Counted from the first letter of the stretch, positions 17,590 through 26,261 are shown. The stretch: DNA of 32,000 nt from Mycoplasma sp. CAG:776 (GCA_000438195.1 FR903077.1:112814-144813); one strand, 5' to 3'. A program made the numbers and translations. The notes: generated by a model not told the origin, from the letters alone.

Positions 17590-18372
17590 ATGAAAGGTAG
17601 AAAATTTTCATGGCAAGCAATTGTCCATATTATTTTTAAAATATTATCATGGGCTCTTTTTATAATCCTTTTACTAATAGCTATTTTTCTTTTATATTAT
17701 TATATAGCAAATAAAATTTATGTTAAAAATGGACCAGGATATGAACCAAAATTTTCAATATATACTATAGCATCTGGATCTATGGTACCAAATATAAACA
17801 TATATGATGCAGTTATAAATATGCGTATTGATGACCCAAATGATTTAAAAGTAGGAGATGTTATCACATTTCGTTCCTCAAATCCAACAAATATTAATAT
17901 GACAGTAACTCATAGAATTAAAGCAATAACAAAAGATTCAGATGGAAACGCTTGTTATGTAACAAAAGGTGACGCTAATCCAATAGAGGATGAAGTATGT
18001 GCAAAATATAAAAATGTCATAGGAAAAGTTATTATAAGAATTCCTGGAGTTGGCCATATACAACGTTTCTTGGCATCAGGAATAGGATGGATGTTATTTA
18101 TTCTGATACCCGCTTTGATTATTATTGGTAAAGATATTATGAAGATAACTAAGCTTTCATCAATCAAAGAAAATGCTAGTAAAATGACTGATAAAAAACG
18201 AAAAGACCCTAAAAAAGAAGCAGCTGAGAAAAAACGAAAAGAAGAAATAAAAAGAAAATTATTAAATGAAAATAAAGGAACTAAAGAATACTATCGTGAT
18301 CCAACTATCAAAATAATTGAGAAGAAAAAAACTAAAAAAGAAAATGATAAACAAAAACGAAAGAAAAAATAA
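17590..18372 (+). CDS. sipW: Signal peptidase I, archaeal/ER type (SipW-like), with an extended Lys-rich C-terminal tail
   Basis: N-terminal TM. Catalytic Ser box IASGSMVPNINIYDAVI, His box VTHRIKAI, KGDANP box. Second TM GIGWMLFILIPALIIIG. Then about 80 aa of K/E/R-rich sequence. Confidence 0.85.
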   Translation: MKGRKFSWQAIVHIIFKILSWALFIILLLIAIFLLYYYIANKIYVKNGPGYEPKFSIYTIASGSMVPNINIYDAVINMRIDDPNDLKVGDVITFRSSNPTNINMTVTHRIKAITKDSDGNACYVTKGDANPIEDEVCAKYKNVIGKVIIRIPGVGHIQRFLASGIGWMLFILIPALIIIGKDIMKITKLSSIKENASKMTDKKRKDPKKEAAEKKRKEEIKRKLLNENKGTKEYYRDPTIKIIEKKKTKKENDKQKRKKK

Positions 18373-19614
18373 TTAAATTTCTTTCGTTTTTTTATTAAAT
18401 TCTTTTGCTAATAATCCTTTTTTTATAAGAGTTCTATATACACGTTCGTTAAGAATAAGATCAAATTCACCAATAAATTCATAAATATGGGGTTTAAACC
18501 CCAATTTGAATTGATTTAGACCTTTATAAGGGTTACTAATAGTAAAATCTCCTGTCATTCCATTCAAATCTACAAATTTAAATTGATCTTTATAAAATTC
18601 TAAAATATTATAGTGCAAGAAATAATTAGGATCAAAATGTTTGAAAGCTTTATCATAACCACTAATAGCGATATGAATTCGATTAAGATAACGTATAACA
18701 AAAGCACCCGCAATATAATCATTTCTATTCTCACGTAATCCTTTTGTTGCTATTTCAATATCATTTTTATAAGTTAATAATATTTTATCAGAATTCATTT
18801 TTTCTTTAATATAAATATCACTCGAATGTTGGATTAATTTATGAGATATTTCTTGGTTACGTTCGAACTCTTGATCATATAGTCGTTTGCTGTTAACTAA
18901 GTATTGTTGATAATCTATTTTTATTAAAAACAAATCAGCAGCTCCTATACGAGCAAAAACATTAAAATAATTTTTATAATAAAAAGGATCAATATCTTTT
19001 TTCTTTTTTATAAATTGAAACAGGATATCTAAACTGTTACGATCCGCCTTTTCAAAAACAAGTCCTTTTTTTATAGCTTTTCTAATTTTATTTTTAGTAT
19101 TCTTTTCTAAAGAAGAAAAGGAATATTCTCTCAAATTTAAAATACCATTAAATCTAGGAAAAAGACTTTCAAAATATTTATTATCTTTCAATTTAAGATA
19201 ACCTAATTCTTTTAAATAATCACGAATAATAATATTTTGGTTATAATTAGTAAGTTTCGTTCTAATATCAATTTCTCCAATAGCAATTTCTGGATTGATT
19301 TTAATAAAAGCAAGTTTTTTACTATAATAATCTCTTATAGCTTCAGTAAATTTTTTTAGAAGATCAAGATCAAAATAATCTACTAAAAAACCTTTAGGAG
19401 AATATCCGTATTTAGAAGATAAGCCTATCTTTTTTATTAAAATAAGCGAAGCAGCTTTGATAATTCCTAATTCATCAACAAAACCGATTAATTCATAATC
19501 ATAACCAAGTTCTGCCATAAAAAGTGCATAATTAGAACTTTGATAATAAGAACTAATAGGAAAATTTTGAGCAAAGGTATCAAACTCTGCAATAGAAAGT
19601 TCTTTTATATGCAT
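18373..19614 (-). CDS. FemAB-family peptidoglycan interpeptide-bridge aminoacyltransferase (FemX/MurM-like)
   Basis: 413 aa. N-terminal 'EFDTFAQNFPISSYYQSSNYA…' and overall layout are typical of FemA/FemB/FemX/MurM proteins. RBS AAAGGGGG. Confidence 0.8.
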   Translation of the reverse strand: MHIKELSIAEFDTFAQNFPISSYYQSSNYALFMAELGYDYELIGFVDELGIIKAASLILIKKIGLSSKYGYSPKGFLVDYFDLDLLKKFTEAIRDYYSKKLAFIKINPEIAIGEIDIRTKLTNYNQNIIIRDYLKELGYLKLKDNKYFESLFPRFNGILNLREYSFSSLEKNTKNKIRKAIKKGLVFEKADRNSLDILFQFIKKKKDIDPFYYKNYFNVFARIGAADLFLIKIDYQQYLVNSKRLYDQEFERNQEISHKLIQHSSDIYIKEKMNSDKILLTYKNDIEIATKGLRENRNDYIAGAFVIRYLNRIHIAISGYDKAFKHFDPNYFLHYNILEFYKDQFKFVDLNGMTGDFTISNPYKGLNQFKLGFKPHIYEFIGEFDLILNERVYRTLIKKGLLAKEFNKKTKEI

Positions 19615-19679
19615 AAAAATCCCCCTTTATAAATAATGAAATATTATAGCACAAGAATAAATGAAAGTCTAGAATTTGA

Positions 19680-19707
19680 TTGACTACTCTAAAATTTATA
19701 GTATAAT
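19680..19707 (+). promoter_or_regulatory. Putative sigma-A promoter of the DUF308 gene
   Basis: TTGACT-16 nt-TATAAT. Confidence 0.5.
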
Positions 19708-19726
19708 TATATATAGGAGGATACTT

Positions 19727-20326
19727 ATGACAAAGAAAAAAGAAAAAACTTTACTAGAAAAAATTAAATTAAGTTTTAATAAAATATTAATAGGAAATAT
19801 TATTTTAAATGTGCTATTTCTTCTATTTGGAGTAATAATTTATTTAAATCCAGTTATTACTTTAGAATTAGCCGGAGTTATTTTAGGAATTTATATGCTT
19901 TTATTTGGTGTATATGCAGTATATGAATTCTTAGTAAGGGATAGCTTTCCTTTATTTAAATTAAACTTAATTTGGGGAATTTTATTTATAATTGCTGGAT
20001 TATTAGTAATGATTAATCCCTTCAAAATCATTAGAATATTAACATTTGCTTTAGGAATTTATTTAACTGTAGTAGCAATTAGGAAAGCAATAGAAGCATT
20101 CAAATTAAAAAAATACAAATATGATGGATGGGCACTAATATTAGTTATTGCCATAATCTTATTAGTTTTTGGAATCTTTATTATGATAAATCCTATGGCA
20201 TCTATGGATATAGTGGAAGTTGCAGGAATATTTATTATTTTAGCTAGTATCTTAGAAATCTGTAATTCTATCATGTTATATACCAAAGCAAAAGATTTAT
20301 TAAATCTATTTAAAACTGAAAAGTAG
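19727..20326 (+). CDS. HdeD/DUF308-family integral membrane protein
   Basis: ATG 19727 after AGGAGG. Six hydrophobic helices in the paired-repeat pattern typical of DUF308. Confidence 0.65.
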   Translation: MTKKKEKTLLEKIKLSFNKILIGNIILNVLFLLFGVIIYLNPVITLELAGVILGIYMLLFGVYAVYEFLVRDSFPLFKLNLIWGILFIIAGLLVMINPFKIIRILTFALGIYLTVVAIRKAIEAFKLKKYKYDGWALILVIAIILLVFGIFIMINPMASMDIVEVAGIFIILASILEICNSIMLYTKAKDLLNLFKTEK

Positions 20327-20342
20327 GAAATTCCTACTTTTT
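20323..20342 (+). terminator. Terminator after the DUF308 gene
   Basis: GTAGGAA/TTCCTAC palindrome followed by TTTTT. Confidence 0.5.
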
Positions 20343-20380
20343 GTATATTTTACAATTTTTTACATATAATAAAAATAAAG

Positions 20381-20407
20381 TTAGCACTTATCGTTGACAA
20401 GTGCTAA
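20381..20407 (+). promoter_or_regulatory. CIRCE operator (HrcA binding site)
   Basis: TTAGCACTT-N9-AAGTGCTAA is a perfect 9-bp inverted repeat with a 9-nt spacer (consensus TTAGCACTC-N9-GAGTGCTAA). It overlaps a TTGACA(20394)-17 nt-TATAGT(20417) promoter. Confidence 0.85.
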
Positions 20408-20440
20408 TATAAGTGGTATAGTTATAAGTATGAAAGGAAG

Positions 20441-20833
20441 ATGGTTATGATGTTACCAAGAAAGATGTTTTTAGATGATATGTTTGACAGTTTTTTAGAA
20501 AGTGAGAATCCTAAAATGAAATGTGATATTTACGAGGCTGAAGGAAATTATAATTTAGAGTTAGATATGCCTGGCTTTACTAAAGAGGATATTAACATTG
20601 AATTCAATAAAGGAACATTAACAATTAGTGCTGAAAAGAAAGAAGAAAAAGAAGAGAAAGAGGACAAAAAATATATTAGAAGAGAAAGATTTTATGGAAA
20701 AGTATCACGTTCTTTCTATTTAGGCGATATTGAAGAAGAAAATATTAAAGCTGAATTTAAAGATGGAACCTTAAAGGTTATTGCTCCTAAAAAAGATGAA
20801 AACGTATCTAAAAAAGTAATTAATATAGATTAA
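20441..20833 (+). CDS. hsp20: Small heat-shock protein, Hsp20/alpha-crystallin family
   Basis: Alpha-crystallin domain (DIYEAEGNYNLELDMPGFTKEDINIEF..GTLTISAE…RRERFYGKVSRSFYL…I.AEFKDGTLKVIAPK). RBS GAAAGGAAG. Confidence 0.9.
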   Translation: MVMMLPRKMFLDDMFDSFLESENPKMKCDIYEAEGNYNLELDMPGFTKEDINIEFNKGTLTISAEKKEEKEEKEDKKYIRRERFYGKVSRSFYLGDIEEENIKAEFKDGTLKVIAPKKDENVSKKVINID

Positions 20834-20852
20834 GCACGAAAGTGCTTTTTTT
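20832..20852. terminator. Hairpin terminator between convergent hsp20 and the GT2 gene
   Basis: AAGCAC-gaaa-GTGCTT followed by TTTTTT. Confidence 0.65.
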
Positions 20853-21879
20853 AATGTCCGTTTTTTAAAAGTTGAAGGGTATTTTTAATTCTAGTCTGAG
20901 TCTCATCTAAAGAAAGAGTAGAATTCTGAGCTTGTAAAACTTGATCAATTGTATAAAAATCGACTTTCATATTTAAAGAATCCTGATCTATTTTTTTAAT
21001 ATCAGTATATTTAAGTTTGATTATATGATATAAATCAGCTACTAGTTGTTTTTTTAAAAAAGTAGGAATATTCCAATCCAATACTTCTCGAATACGATAC
21101 AAAGAATAAATCACTTGAACAGTTATAATATCTTTTTGTAATTTTTCATATATGCCTTTTTCTTGAAGAAATGTTCCAAAATAATCCATTACTTGAAAGA
21201 TATCTAAGAGATGCAAATTAACTGTTAACCCTTGAGCAGATATACCAGAATTAATATGTTTACGATAATAATAATCAGGATTGTGAAAATCTAAAACCTG
21301 ATTAGCCAAAAATAAGTGTGAATATGAAAAGGGAATATCTTCCCACATAACATTAGGAAGGAATTCTTGAGCAATAAAATCTCTTTTAAAAAGTTTATTA
21401 CCACAACTAGGGGAAAGAGAAAGAACTTTAGAAGGATTTATTTGTGGAGAAAATAAAATTCCATCTCTTCGTAAAGAACCAAAATAAGGAGAGTAATTTT
21501 GTGAAGCATTTACTAAAATAATTCCCGTTGATAACACCTCAGGCTTATTATTTTTTAAAGCTCCATAATACATATCATAAAACATATTAGGATGGATAAA
21601 GTCATCACTATCAATAAAACTAACATATTCTCCCTGAGCCATTTTTAACCCTATGTTTCTACTAATACCAGCTCCTAAATTAATGGAATTATGAACAATT
21701 TTCATTTTATTTAAAAATTGTTTCTGCCATTTTTCTAAAATAGAAAGAGAGTGGTCTTTAGAAACATCATCAATCGCGATAATTTCAAAATCTTGTAATT
21801 TTTGATTAGCTAAAGATAAAAATAAATCATCTAAATATAATTCACTATTATAAACCGGAATAATGACACTAATTTTCAT
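20851..21879 (-). CDS. Family 2 glycosyltransferase
   Basis: N-terminal 'ISVIIPVYNSELYLDD…', the DxD-type 'IDDVSKD' and 'DSDD' motifs of GT-A/GT2 enzymes. Confidence 0.85.
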   Translation of the reverse strand: MKISVIIPVYNSELYLDDLFLSLANQKLQDFEIIAIDDVSKDHSLSILEKWQKQFLNKMKIVHNSINLGAGISRNIGLKMAQGEYVSFIDSDDFIHPNMFYDMYYGALKNNKPEVLSTGIILVNASQNYSPYFGSLRRDGILFSPQINPSKVLSLSPSCGNKLFKRDFIAQEFLPNVMWEDIPFSYSHLFLANQVLDFHNPDYYYRKHINSGISAQGLTVNLHLLDIFQVMDYFGTFLQEKGIYEKLQKDIITVQVIYSLYRIREVLDWNIPTFLKKQLVADLYHIIKLKYTDIKKIDQDSLNMKVDFYTIDQVLQAQNSTLSLDETQTRIKNTLQLLKNGH

Positions 21880-21997
21880 TTAGAGCCTCCTTAAATTTAA
21901 AAAATATAATAACATAATACTAAATAAAAGGCAAATTCCAAACAAATAACTTGTCAATCACCTAATTTTATTATAAAATGAAAGTGTGGTGATTAAA

Positions 21998-22444
21998 ATG
22001 GGTCAAGTATATGATCATGTAAAAATATATAAAAAGAAATTCCCTGGGGGAGTAACATGGTGGAGATTAAAAAAACATAGTGCTGTAATAGAAGAACATT
22101 TAAATCCCGGCGAAACGGTACGCTATGCATTTGCAGGACAAAAGAATGATAAATTCTATGATTTAACATCTACTGCTGTAATAGCAATAACCAATAAAAG
22201 AATTTTAATTGGTCAAAAGCGTGTAGTATGGGGATATTTTCTAAGTAGTATTACACCAGACTTATATAATGATATGCAAGTTTATTCTGGGTTAATTTGG
22301 GGAAAAGTTACAATTGATACTGTGAAAGAAGAAGTAGTAATAACAAATTTAGCAAAAGATTCTTTAAGAGAAATTGAAACAGAGATTTCAGAATTTATGA
22401 TGGAAGAAAAGAAAAAATATGGACAAACAATGCTAGATAATTAA
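21998..22444 (+). CDS. Bacterial PH-like (YokE-type) domain protein
   Basis: ATG 21998 after GTGGTGA. 'GETVRYAFAGQ…TSTAVIAITNKRILIGQKR' resembles bacterial PH-domain proteins. This assignment is tentative. Confidence 0.5.
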   Translation: MGQVYDHVKIYKKKFPGGVTWWRLKKHSAVIEEHLNPGETVRYAFAGQKNDKFYDLTSTAVIAITNKRILIGQKRVVWGYFLSSITPDLYNDMQVYSGLIWGKVTIDTVKEEVVITNLAKDSLREIETEISEFMMEEKKKYGQTMLDN

Positions 22445-22455
22445 TGGTGTAAAAT

Positions 22456-23550
22456 ATGAAGAAATTAAAAATATTTCAAATTACAATTGTAGTTTTATTT
22501 ATAATTTTTATTTTTTTCTTTTTACGGGCAACAGATTATACAAAAGAATATCAAGTAAATGACATAAATATTAAGGAAAGTTATGATAAGAAAAAAGAAA
22601 GTTACTATTTCACTTTTGAATATAATGATATTATTTTAGACTATTTATATGAAAGTAATTATAAACAAAAAAGAAATTTTATAAATGATATAGAAATAAT
22701 AGAAGAAGATGATAATTTTTGCTTAATACCTAAAGGAGATACATTAGAATTTATTCCTCTGTGTTATAATAACAAAGAAAATACTTATTATAAAAATGTA
22801 AGTGATAATCTAAAAGAGCAAATACCAGAAGAATATCTAAAAACTGAGAAAGAATTAAAAGAAACATATGAAGACATAAAAATATATAATAAAGACTACA
22901 CTTATTTATTATGGGACTATGACGGTTTCTATTATATAAATGAAAAAGAAAATAAAAAAATAGATTTATTTAATAAAGAAATATATAATGTAAATTTAAT
23001 TACATATACGGAGGATTATCTAATTATACCTGACTATGACTCAGATTATACATTTGACAAATTTTACAGAATTTCTTTAAAAGACGGTGATGTAAAAGAT
23101 TACAAATTAAAAGAAAAAATATATTTTGATAGTTATTATCCAGGATATGAAAAAAATAAATTATATATTGTGGATAATAAGGAAGAGTTAATGTATGAGT
23201 TAAATGTGAAAAATGGTAAAATAGAAAAAATAAAACCCCAAATATTAAATAATAATAAGTGGGAAGAGGTAGGAATTAAAACATTAGTTAATCAAGATAA
23301 AGAATTTAAATATAAAACTAATTATAATTATGTTTTAAAAGAAAATGACTTATATTTGAATTATAATGAGCATGATATAAAAACCAGAATAGATAGTGAT
23401 GTCACATCTATAGTAAGAATAAAAAATAATCTAATATTTTATTTAAAGAAAGATACATTATATGTATTTGACCCATTAACAGGAAGTAAGAAATTATTAA
23501 ACTATTTTGAATGGAACTTTAATTATAAAAATATGATTTATGTAGATTAA
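22456..23550 (+). CDS. Hypothetical N-terminally anchored extracellular protein (Y/N/K-rich)
   Basis: Single N-terminal TM IFQITIVVLFIIFIFFFL. A long ORF closely following the previous gene. No recognisable motif. Confidence 0.6.
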   Translation: MKKLKIFQITIVVLFIIFIFFFLRATDYTKEYQVNDINIKESYDKKKESYYFTFEYNDIILDYLYESNYKQKRNFINDIEIIEEDDNFCLIPKGDTLEFIPLCYNNKENTYYKNVSDNLKEQIPEEYLKTEKELKETYEDIKIYNKDYTYLLWDYDGFYYINEKENKKIDLFNKEIYNVNLITYTEDYLIIPDYDSDYTFDKFYRISLKDGDVKDYKLKEKIYFDSYYPGYEKNKLYIVDNKEELMYELNVKNGKIEKIKPQILNNNKWEEVGIKTLVNQDKEFKYKTNYNYVLKENDLYLNYNEHDIKTRIDSDVTSIVRIKNNLIFYLKKDTLYVFDPLTGSKKLLNYFEWNFNYKNMIYVD

Positions 23551-23583
23551 CCAAATTGTGTCTTTATCATATCCTATTAATAG

Positions 23584-23910
23584 ATGAGGAGTGATAATTT
23601 GAACGATAACAATAGTTATTTTACTTACTATACAATAGAAAAAGGTGATAATTTATATGAAATTGCCAAAAAATATAATATTAATCCTAAATTATTAGCA
23701 GCTATAAATGGAATAAAAGACAATGAATATATTTATCCTAATCAAGAGTTACTAATTCCTAAGAGTGGATATAGTTATTATATTACCGCTGAAGGTGATA
23801 CTTTAAGTGGTGTATCTAATGCTTTTAAAACAACTCCAGAAAATATATTAAAATATAATAGTACAGTTTATCTTTTACCTGAACAAATATTAGTATATAA
23901 AAGTAGATAG
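23584..23910 (+). CDS. Two-LysM-domain peptidoglycan-binding protein
   Basis: Two LysM signatures (YTIEKGDNLYEIAKKYNINPKLLAAINGI…LIP and YYITAEGDTLSGVSNAFKTTPENILKYNS). The start could instead be TTG 23599, after GAGGAGTGA. Confidence 0.75.
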   Translation: MRSDNLNDNNSYFTYYTIEKGDNLYEIAKKYNINPKLLAAINGIKDNEYIYPNQELLIPKSGYSYYITAEGDTLSGVSNAFKTTPENILKYNSTVYLLPEQILVYKSR

Positions 23911-23929
23911 TCTCACAGAGACTTTTTTC
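23909..23929 (+). terminator. Rho-independent terminator after the LysM gene
   Basis: AGTCTC-aca-GAGACT followed by TTTTTT. Confidence 0.75.
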
Positions 23930-23975
23930 TTGCGTGAAAATATGAAGTAATGTATAATAAACTCGAGGTGAAAAT

Positions 23976-24401
23976 ATGTTGAATTTTTATGCTTACATGA
24001 ATTATCATTTAATAAAACAAGGATATGTTACAATGTACGAAGTACCAGCTGAAGTAATAATAAATTTATTAAGAAGTTTTTTACAAGAAAGATTATTAGA
24101 AAAGGAAGAAATAGATATTTTTAGTTTATATAGTAAATTTTATCAAGTAGCTCAAGATAAAAAAGAAGTAGAAACAATCATTCATTTTTTATTAGGCTAT
24201 ATATCAGATTTACAAGGATTTGCCGTAGCTTGGTATATAAATGAAACAGAAGAACCAACTTTTACTTACAATAAACACTATCCAAATAAAATAGATGGAT
24301 TAAATACAACAATAAACATAGATTATGAAAAAGTATTTGCTTATGTTCTAAATACTGCTTTAGATTTAAAAGAAAAAAGAGAAGAAGGAATAAGAAGATG
24401 A
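23976..24401 (+). CDS. Hypothetical protein, translationally coupled to the MYG1-family gene
   Basis: RBS GAGGTGA. Its stop overlaps the next start (ATGA at 24398-24401). No recognised family. Confidence 0.55.
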   Translation: MLNFYAYMNYHLIKQGYVTMYEVPAEVIINLLRSFLQERLLEKEEIDIFSLYSKFYQVAQDKKEVETIIHFLLGYISDLQGFAVAWYINETEEPTFTYNKHYPNKIDGLNTTINIDYEKVFAYVLNTALDLKEKREEGIRR

Positions 24402-25288
24402 TTAGACTTGTTAATGATTTAAAAGAGGCAGACTTTGTAACTCATGCAGGAAATTTTCATGCAGATGATGTATTTTCAACTGTATTTCTAGAGAAATTAT
24501 ATAAAGATATTTCTTTAATTCGTTTAAAAGAATATCAAGACGATGGTAGTAAACTAGCATATGATATTGGATTAGGAGCTTTTGATCATCATGGTGCCGA
24601 CTTTGATAAGAAAAGAGAAAACGGCATCCATTATTGTGGCTTTGGCCTTCTTTGGCAGGAATTCGGAAGAGAATATTTAAAAAAAGAAGGAATAGAAAAT
24701 TATGAAAATGTTTTTCTAATTTTAGATGAACTATTAGTAACCCAAATAGATGCTTTTGATAATGGAGAATATACGGTGGATGCTCCATTTAACATTTATA
24801 CTCTATCTATTTTAGTAGAACAATTTAGACCAAAATTTAAGGAAGAAAAAGAGGAAAACAAGTGTTTTTTAGAAGTAGTTGAATTTGCTAGAATAATTTT
24901 TGAGAAAATATTAGATGATGCAATATCAAAAGCCAAAGTAATAGAAGAAATTAGTAAGTTAAAGGAAACAATTAAAGATAAAGTATTAATTTTAGATGAA
25001 TATATTCCTTACGAATATGCTATATTTAAATTAAACTTAGACGTAGATTTTGTTGTTTATCCTTCCAATCGTGGTGGTTATGCTGCTCATACAGTACCAA
25101 CCAAATATAAGGGATTTACCCCAAGAATACCATTTAAAAAAGAATGGGCTGGAAAAAGAGATGAAGAACTAAGAGCGATAAGTGGAATAAAAACAGCCAA
25201 ATTTTGCCATAACAAATGTTTCCTAGCAACAGCTGAAACCAAAGAAGACGCATTAAAATTTATTTTAAAAACCAAAGAAGAGAATTAA
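24398..25288 (+). CDS. MYG1/UPF0160-family metal-dependent hydrolase
   Basis: N-terminal 'THAGNFHADDVFST' and 'DIGLGAFDHHG' motifs are characteristic of MYG1. 296 aa. Confidence 0.8.
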   Translation: MIRLVNDLKEADFVTHAGNFHADDVFSTVFLEKLYKDISLIRLKEYQDDGSKLAYDIGLGAFDHHGADFDKKRENGIHYCGFGLLWQEFGREYLKKEGIENYENVFLILDELLVTQIDAFDNGEYTVDAPFNIYTLSILVEQFRPKFKEEKEENKCFLEVVEFARIIFEKILDDAISKAKVIEEISKLKETIKDKVLILDEYIPYEYAIFKLNLDVDFVVYPSNRGGYAAHTVPTKYKGFTPRIPFKKEWAGKRDEELRAISGIKTAKFCHNKCFLATAETKEDALKFILKTKEEN

Positions 25289-25309
25289 AAAATATTAATT
25301 CTTTTTTTT
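25282..25309 (+). terminator. AT-rich hairpin terminator after the MYG1 gene
   Basis: GAATTAA-aaaata-TTAATTC followed by T8. Confidence 0.45.
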
Positions 25310-25378
25310 AAATAATCAATATCCTTGATAAATAATAATTTTAAAATTTAAAATATTTACTAATAGCAAACATTTTTA

Positions 25379-25407
25379 TTGACAAAAATCGACTTCTAAT
25401 ATATATT
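25379..25407 (+). promoter_or_regulatory. Putative promoter of the DGR accessory/RT operon
   Basis: TTGACA-17 nt-TATATT, about 110 nt upstream of ATG 25517. Confidence 0.45.
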
Positions 25408-25516
25408 TATAGTATATGAAAGTATGATAAACAAAGCATATTTTTATATTAAGTATTTATCTTAGTTATGATGAGCAGTAATAATCTTAACTACAAAAAT
25501 GTAGAAAGGGAATATT

Positions 25517-25924
25517 ATGAAGACGATTGATAAATATCTAAAATTTAAAGAGATGTACAAAGATCATGTAGTAATTATTAAATCTGGCAATTTTTATTAT
25601 ACTTTTGATGATGACACTTATATAATGAATTATTTTTTTGGCTATCAAATAAGAGAAAATAAAATAGGCTTTCCTCTAAATGCTAAAGCCAAAGTAAAAA
25701 GTGTATTAAATCGCAATAATGTAAATTTAATTGAAGTAATAGATGACTATGCTTATATTTTAGAATCTAAAAATGATAATGCTTATCAAAATAAATTAAG
25801 AGAAGCGAAAAGTAATATGTTAGTATCTAACATGTTAAATAACTTAATGAATGCTATAGAGATAAAGGTAAAAAAAGAAGAAGCTAATTATGAATTAATA
25901 AAGGAGTTTGTAGATGAACTCTAA
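25517..25924 (+). CDS. MutS domain-I-like small protein (DGR 'MSL'-type accessory protein)
   Basis: 'KYLKFKEMYKDHVVIIKSGNFYYTFDDDTYIMNYFFGYQI…IGFPLNAKAKVKSVLNRNNVNLIEV' parallels the MutS N-terminal mismatch-binding domain (QY..iK..yPd.ll.fr.GDFYE.F..DA…l.i.lT…GvP.ha...y...L...G.kVai). RBS AAAGGGA. Overlaps the next ORF by 11 nt. Confidence 0.7.
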   Translation: MKTIDKYLKFKEMYKDHVVIIKSGNFYYTFDDDTYIMNYFFGYQIRENKIGFPLNAKAKVKSVLNRNNVNLIEVIDDYAYILESKNDNAYQNKLREAKSNMLVSNMLNNLMNAIEIKVKKEEANYELIKEFVDEL

Positions 25925-26261
25925 TTTTTCTTTATTAAATAATACCAAAAAAACAATAGCATTTATTAATAAACAATTAATAAATTATCCTAAATCAGAA
26001 GTAGTGTTGAAACAAAATATTGAAAGAAACATGTATGAATTAATTGAACTAATTTTTTCTTATAGTATTAATGATGTAGAAAGAATAAAAATAAAATTTT
26101 TAAAAGATTTAATCATTAAATTATCAATGTTAGATTTTTATATAGCAACATCTTTTGAAAAAAGAATAATTAGTAAAAAAAAGTTTGAATCAACATCTAT
26201 GTTCATTGTCGAGATAAGAAAAATAGCTTACGGATTGGTGCGAAATGAAACCAAGTGTTAA
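25914..26261 (+). CDS. avd: Avd-like four-helix-bundle accessory variability determinant
   Basis: 115 aa. The helical pattern 'INKQLINYPKSEVVLKQNIERNMYELIELIFSY…KFLKDLIIKLSMLDFYI…ISKKKFES…VEIRKIAYGLV' matches the Avd / four-helix-bundle family (fP+sE+..L..+i….l.ll.li…). RBS AAGGAG. Overlaps the RT by 17 nt. Confidence 0.75.
   Translation: MNSNFSLLNNTKKTIAFINKQLINYPKSEVVLKQNIERNMYELIELIFSYSINDVERIKIKFLKDLIIKLSMLDFYIATSFEKRIISKKKFESTSMFIVEIRKIAYGLVRNETKC

Noticed and set aside
25289-25516. Intergenic spacer upstream of the DGR operon as the missing template repeat; it shares 'gcagtaat…ctt' and a 16/20 match ('gcagtaataatcttaactac' versus 'gcaataataatagttactac' at about 5560) with the candidate target gene
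   Set aside because: The mismatches include non-adenine template positions (G to A, C to A, T to G). The similarity is short and low-complexity. The spacer is T-run-rich promoter/UTR-like sequence rather than a coding-derived, AAY-rich TR.
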